Positions 60,566-64,000 of a stretch of 64,000 nt of DNA are shown here, piece by piece. The notes beneath the pieces are model-generated. The model was not told the origin of the DNA and did no database searches. It saw only the letters and a list, made by a program, of their open reading frames with translations. The DNA comes from Perkinsela sp. CCAP 1560/9 (taxonomy: Eukaryota; Protista; Euglenozoa: Kinetoplastea). The translations under genes and the position numbers were made by a program. The first letter of the stretch is position 1, and each line of letters opens with the position of its first letter. The DNA lies in NCBI GenBank assembly GCA_965644495.1, contig CBFFSA010000015.1, positions 1 through 64,000 of the forward strand. Reading direction: 5' to 3'.

Positions 60566-63046
60566 TTACCTTAACCCACACCCCGTCTCACGCAACCGAA
60601 ACGATCGAGACCCCTCCATCCCCGTCACCTCCCCCCCTCCCTCCTCCTTCCCCCCTCCCCACAACCTCCAAAACCGCAACGACTCATCACTTGATACCGC
60701 ACACACCGTTGTCCCATCCGGAGACAACCCCAACCCCAACACATCCACCCCCACCATCCCCCCGCCTCCTCGTCCATACTCCCTCCCCCCTCCCCCTCCC
60801 CCCACCGGTCGAACCCCCAACCCCGTTATCGCACACAACGACTGTACCCCCCAAAGGTACAATCCTCCACCACTGCACCCACCACCACCACCACCACCAC
60901 CCCCTCTCCCTTCCCCTCCACTCCCCCCGGTTCCTCCCCCCCCTGCCCCCCTCCCCCCATAGTGCCCCGTCAGCACCTCCCCCCCATACCCCGTCCCCTT
61001 GCTGTACCCCCTCGGGGCGACCACCACCGCGCTCAGGGGTCGCCCCGTGGACACCGTACGCAGGGGGACGGCAGCCGTGGCCGTAGTCGTCGCGACGTGG
61101 GTGTTCCAGGCCGCGAGCCTGCCGTGGGCGTCCCCGGTGAGCAGACGACTGGGGTGGGAGGGGAGCCAGCAGAGGGCGGTGACGGGGGAGGGGGTGGGAA
61201 GGGCGAGGAGGGCGTGGGGGGGAGTAGTGGTGGTAGTAGAGGTGCAATGCGAGTGAGCGTGGGAAGACAGAGCGGGAGGAGGAGTAGACGTAGTAGTAGT
61301 AGTAGAGGTGCAATGCGAGTGCGCGTGGGAAGACAGAGCGGGAGGAGGAGTAGACGTAGTGGTAGTAGAGGTGCAATGCGAGTGAGCGTGGGAAGACAGA
61401 GCGGGAGGAGGAGTAGGGGTGGTCGTGGTGGTGGTGGTAGCGGTGCGGGAAGAGGGAAGACGACGAAGGTCATAGAGGAGGGCACAGGGGGTGGGGGTTG
61501 TGTGTGGCGTAGGGGTAGGGAAGAGGCCTGTGTGGGGGTGGGGGTTACGGGGGGAGGGTAGGCCGTGGGGATGGGTGCTGTGGGGGGTACGGGAGGTAGA
61601 GGTAGGGGGAGGGAAAAGAGGGGTGGAGGGGGGGAGAGAGGGAGGGTGAGGGGTGGGGGAGAGGGGTGTGGGATGGATTCCGGTGGCAAGGTAGGGAGGG
61701 TCAGGTCCGGGGGAGTAGGCGAGGGAGAGGACAGGTCCACGGTAGGGTGTGGGGAGAGTGTGGATCCAGCGGTGACGGCGGGTGTCGAGGAGGTGGAGGG
61801 CGCCGGTGCTGCTGCCACAGGTGAGGACGTCGCTGTTGAAGGTGAGTTTGGAGAGGAAACAAGGATGAGTCGTGCCGGAGTCCATGTTCCCTGATTCGTG
61901 TGGGGTCCAGCCGGGGGCATGAAACTGTCGCACGACTTTTCCCTCCTCCACATTGACCAAAAATACCTCACCTTGTTTGGTGGAGAGTGCAAGCTGTGGA
62001 TGACCCCTGTACCAAGCGACAGAGTAAATATCATCCGTGTCATTGGGCAGAGAGAAGGCCGCACTTGAGCGCTTCGTGACCGGGTCCCACGTGTAGAGTG
62101 TGGAGCCGAGTGCAATAGCTAGAAGCGAGATCCCTCCCGCCCCGGACGCCCAGGAAAGTATGGAGGCATGGGGATCGGTTAGCACCCCTGGAGCATCCAG
62201 CATTCGGTCAGCGTTGTTTGGAATCTGTGCTATGCGCTCCTTGATGCGAAGAGAGGTTGTCGAAGACGAAGATGGAAAAGCAGAGGGTGTTGTGGGAAAG
62301 GGAGATCCGATAGGAGCATTTCTTTGAGGGGAAAACAGAGTTGAATGTGAAGTAGGATGTGTAGAATAGTGGGATCGAGATGTTTTATGGTCATGCGAGT
62401 TGACAGAAAAATGACTCGAAGTTCTCTTCCGAAGCTCGGGAGTGGTTTCATGAAAGTTTAGTACTTGAGAAACACCTCCATTAAGAAGCGTGCGACGCAG
62501 CATTGCAGCGTATGCATGGTCCCTTTCTCTCTTTTTGGCACTGTTGCTTAAGTGGTGACAACTCTCGTCGTCAGGAAAAGATTGAAGAACGTTTGTGGGC
62601 GAAAGAGGTGAATTTTCGTCATTCATGGTGTCAACGGAAACAGAATTCGGCGCAATGCCACTCCCATTTTCACCTTTTTGAAAAATTCTTGTTTTTTCGC
62701 ATTCTGAGGAGTCCACCTCTACGGTATGAGTTCGTGTGAGTGCCTTGGGAAAAGGAATTGGGCCCTTAACTTTATCAATGCGAAATTGGTTTTTTGATAC
62801 ACGACGATGTGAGTGCGGACGCTTCTGTAGCGTGTCTGATTCTATTCCACCGTTCTGAGAGTGTAGCTTCGTCTCCGCATGTAAGTAAAGGTCTTCCGAA
62901 CGTGAGACGTGAGAATGAAATGTTGGAGTAAAACGACTGAGACGAGTGGAGGGTGGACTTGCTGAATTAGGATCAATTTCGGTAATGTTGTCACGAGATG
63001 AGTGTAAGAATTGCTGGTTGTGAATATAGGAAGAAGGAATGGTCAT
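60566..63046 (-). CDS. CDC20: Divergent CDC20/Fizzy-family WD40 APC/C activator
   Basis: YAAMLRRTLL, DRMLDAPG, LAIALGSTLYTWD, LSPDGTTVCAVSSDESLRFW, C-terminal LR (IR-tail-like). Confidence 0.8.
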   Translation of the reverse strand: MTIPSSYIHNQQFLHSSRDNITEIDPNSASPPSTRLSRFTPTFHSHVSRSEDLYLHAETKLHSQNGGIESDTLQKRPHSHRRVSKNQFRIDKVKGPIPFPKALTRTHTVEVDSSECEKTRIFQKGENGSGIAPNSVSVDTMNDENSPLSPTNVLQSFPDDESCHHLSNSAKKRERDHAYAAMLRRTLLNGGVSQVLNFHETTPELRKRTSSHFSVNSHDHKTSRSHYSTHPTSHSTLFSPQRNAPIGSPFPTTPSAFPSSSSTTSLRIKERIAQIPNNADRMLDAPGVLTDPHASILSWASGAGGISLLAIALGSTLYTWDPVTKRSSAAFSLPNDTDDIYSVAWYRGHPQLALSTKQGEVFLVNVEEGKVVRQFHAPGWTPHESGNMDSGTTHPCFLSKLTFNSDVLTCGSSTGALHLLDTRRHRWIHTLPTPYRGPVLSLAYSPGPDPPYLATGIHPTPLSPTPHPPSLPPSTPLFPPPTSTSRTPHSTHPHGLPSPRNPHPHTGLFPTPTPHTTPTPCALLYDLRRLPSSRTATTTTTTTPTPPPALSSHAHSHCTSTTTTSTPPPALSSHAHSHCTSTTTTTSTPPPALSSHAHSHCTSTTTTTPPHALLALPTPSPVTALCWLPSHPSRLLTGDAHGRLAAWNTHVATTTATAAVPLRTVSTGRPLSAVVVAPRGYSKGTGYGGEVLTGHYGGRGAGGGGTGGSGGEGRGGGGGGGGGCSGGGLYLWGVQSLCAITGLGVRPVGGGGGGREYGRGGGGMVGVDVLGLGLSPDGTTVCAVSSDESLRFWRLWGGGKEEGGGEVTGMEGSRSFRLRETGCGLR
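61225..61420. repeat. Three in-frame ~60-63 bp tandem repeats (TPPPALSSHAHSHCTSTTTT) inside CDC20
   Basis: Direct reading of DNA and translation. Confidence 0.9.
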
Positions 63047-63335
63047 TGAGATTCTTCATAAAAACAAGTCTGAAGTTTGACTAAAAGAACATTAAGAACT
63101 TGAAACAGATTCGAATAATAAAAAGCAAGAACTTTTATTACCAAAACAAGAAAACAAAATTTTTATTCACGTTTTAAACACTTAAAGGTACACAAGATTT
63201 AATCGCGACTTATGTGCGGTCACGTGTATGTGAAGTCACTTGTATTTCACGAATTGTGTCAGCTGTTTCCTCACTGTAGATCCTGTGGTACAGTAACCTG
63301 TACCGGAGCACCCTTCCTCAAAAATTCTCTTCCCC

Positions 63336-64000
63336 CTACCCTTCCTGCCCAAACTTTTGGGTAAACTCCAAATGGCGGTGCACATCCGCCTCACACACAC
63401 TGGGACGTGCAGTGCGAAGCGACTGCACGAAATCCCCCCAACTCACTTTCGGGGGCACCACCTTCGTCGGGTCCGGAACCTCCGACAGGCGCATCGGAAC
63501 CCCCATCGCCTCCTCCCCCACACGACAGGGCGTGAGTAAATCCTCACACTGTAGTGTCGGAACCCGAGGATGAGGCCCAGACACCTTTTTAAAATGTGTT
63601 GCCTTCTGGGCATGGCGAATGGATTCCATCATAGCATTCCGTACCAACACGTTGATGTCGGAACCGCTGTAGAAACTGAGCCGAGTGGAGAGGTCGGTGA
63701 GTTCGGTCTCGTGTAAGGAGTGAGGGGTGGTGCCGAGATGGGTGCGTATCATTTGAGCCCGAGAGCTCGCATCCGGAAGGGGAATATACACCCGACGCTC
63801 GAACCGACGTCGCACGGCGTTGTCCAGAGCCCAGGGAAGGTTAGTGGCGGCAAGAACGAGAACATGAGGATGGCTGGTTTTCTCTTCATTTTCTTCGCCT
63901 TCTTGGTGGTTTGTTTCCCCCACACCCTGCATTTGGACCAGAAATTCTGTCTTCATACGACGTGTGGCTTCACTCTCCCCCTCCCCTCGTGCTCCACACA
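63336..64000 (-). CDS. VPS4: VPS4 AAA-ATPase, 3' part (continues beyond the window)
   Basis: KTEFLVQMQGVG, ATNLPWALD.A.RRRFERRVYIPLP, beta-domain LLTPC, C-terminal FTQKFGQEG. Confidence 0.95.
   Translation of the reverse strand, partial: CGARGEGESEATRRMKTEFLVQMQGVGETNHQEGEENEEKTSHPHVLVLAATNLPWALDNAVRRRFERRVYIPLPDASSRAQMIRTHLGTTPHSLHETELTDLSTRLSFYSGSDINVLVRNAMMESIRHAQKATHFKKVSGPHPRVPTLQCEDLLTPCRVGEEAMGVPMRLSEVPDPTKVVPPKVSWGDFVQSLRTARPSVCEADVHRHLEFTQKFGQEG

Noticed and set aside
60532-62115. Overlapping alternative-frame ORFs within CDC20
   Set aside because: Explained by stop-poor C/G-skewed low-complexity sequence

Overview
Eukaryotic, probably protist, DNA. About 58 kb (1-58400) is a dense nest of transposable elements. 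It is followed by three intronless, co-oriented minus-strand genes: a RING-H2 protein, CDC20 and a partial VPS4, an arrangement reminiscent of kinetoplastid-type gene clusters (host not provable from this window). The TE block holds RTE-like APE-RT-RNase H LINE remnants, two RLE-type non-LTR fragments, two tRNA-derived SINE families, pogo-like, Tc1-like and two Merlin-like DDE transposase remnants, a Crypton-like tyrosine recombinase, and a 24.5 kb higher-order tandem array (six 3420-bp and two 1907-bp units). The most notable signal is a pair of Helitron2/Helentron-like families, here called H/F and E. Both share an unusual architecture: a 5' TTG with an 11-bp asymmetric terminal repeat in a short hairpin, and its complement inside a long 3'-terminal palindrome. 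One E copy shows TSD-free insertion at an A^T site. The coding member (2116-5632) carries a PIF1-helicase/Ulp1-protease remnant, a tRNA-like segment and, just after the ORF, a well-formed candidate HDV-like self-cleaving ribozyme.
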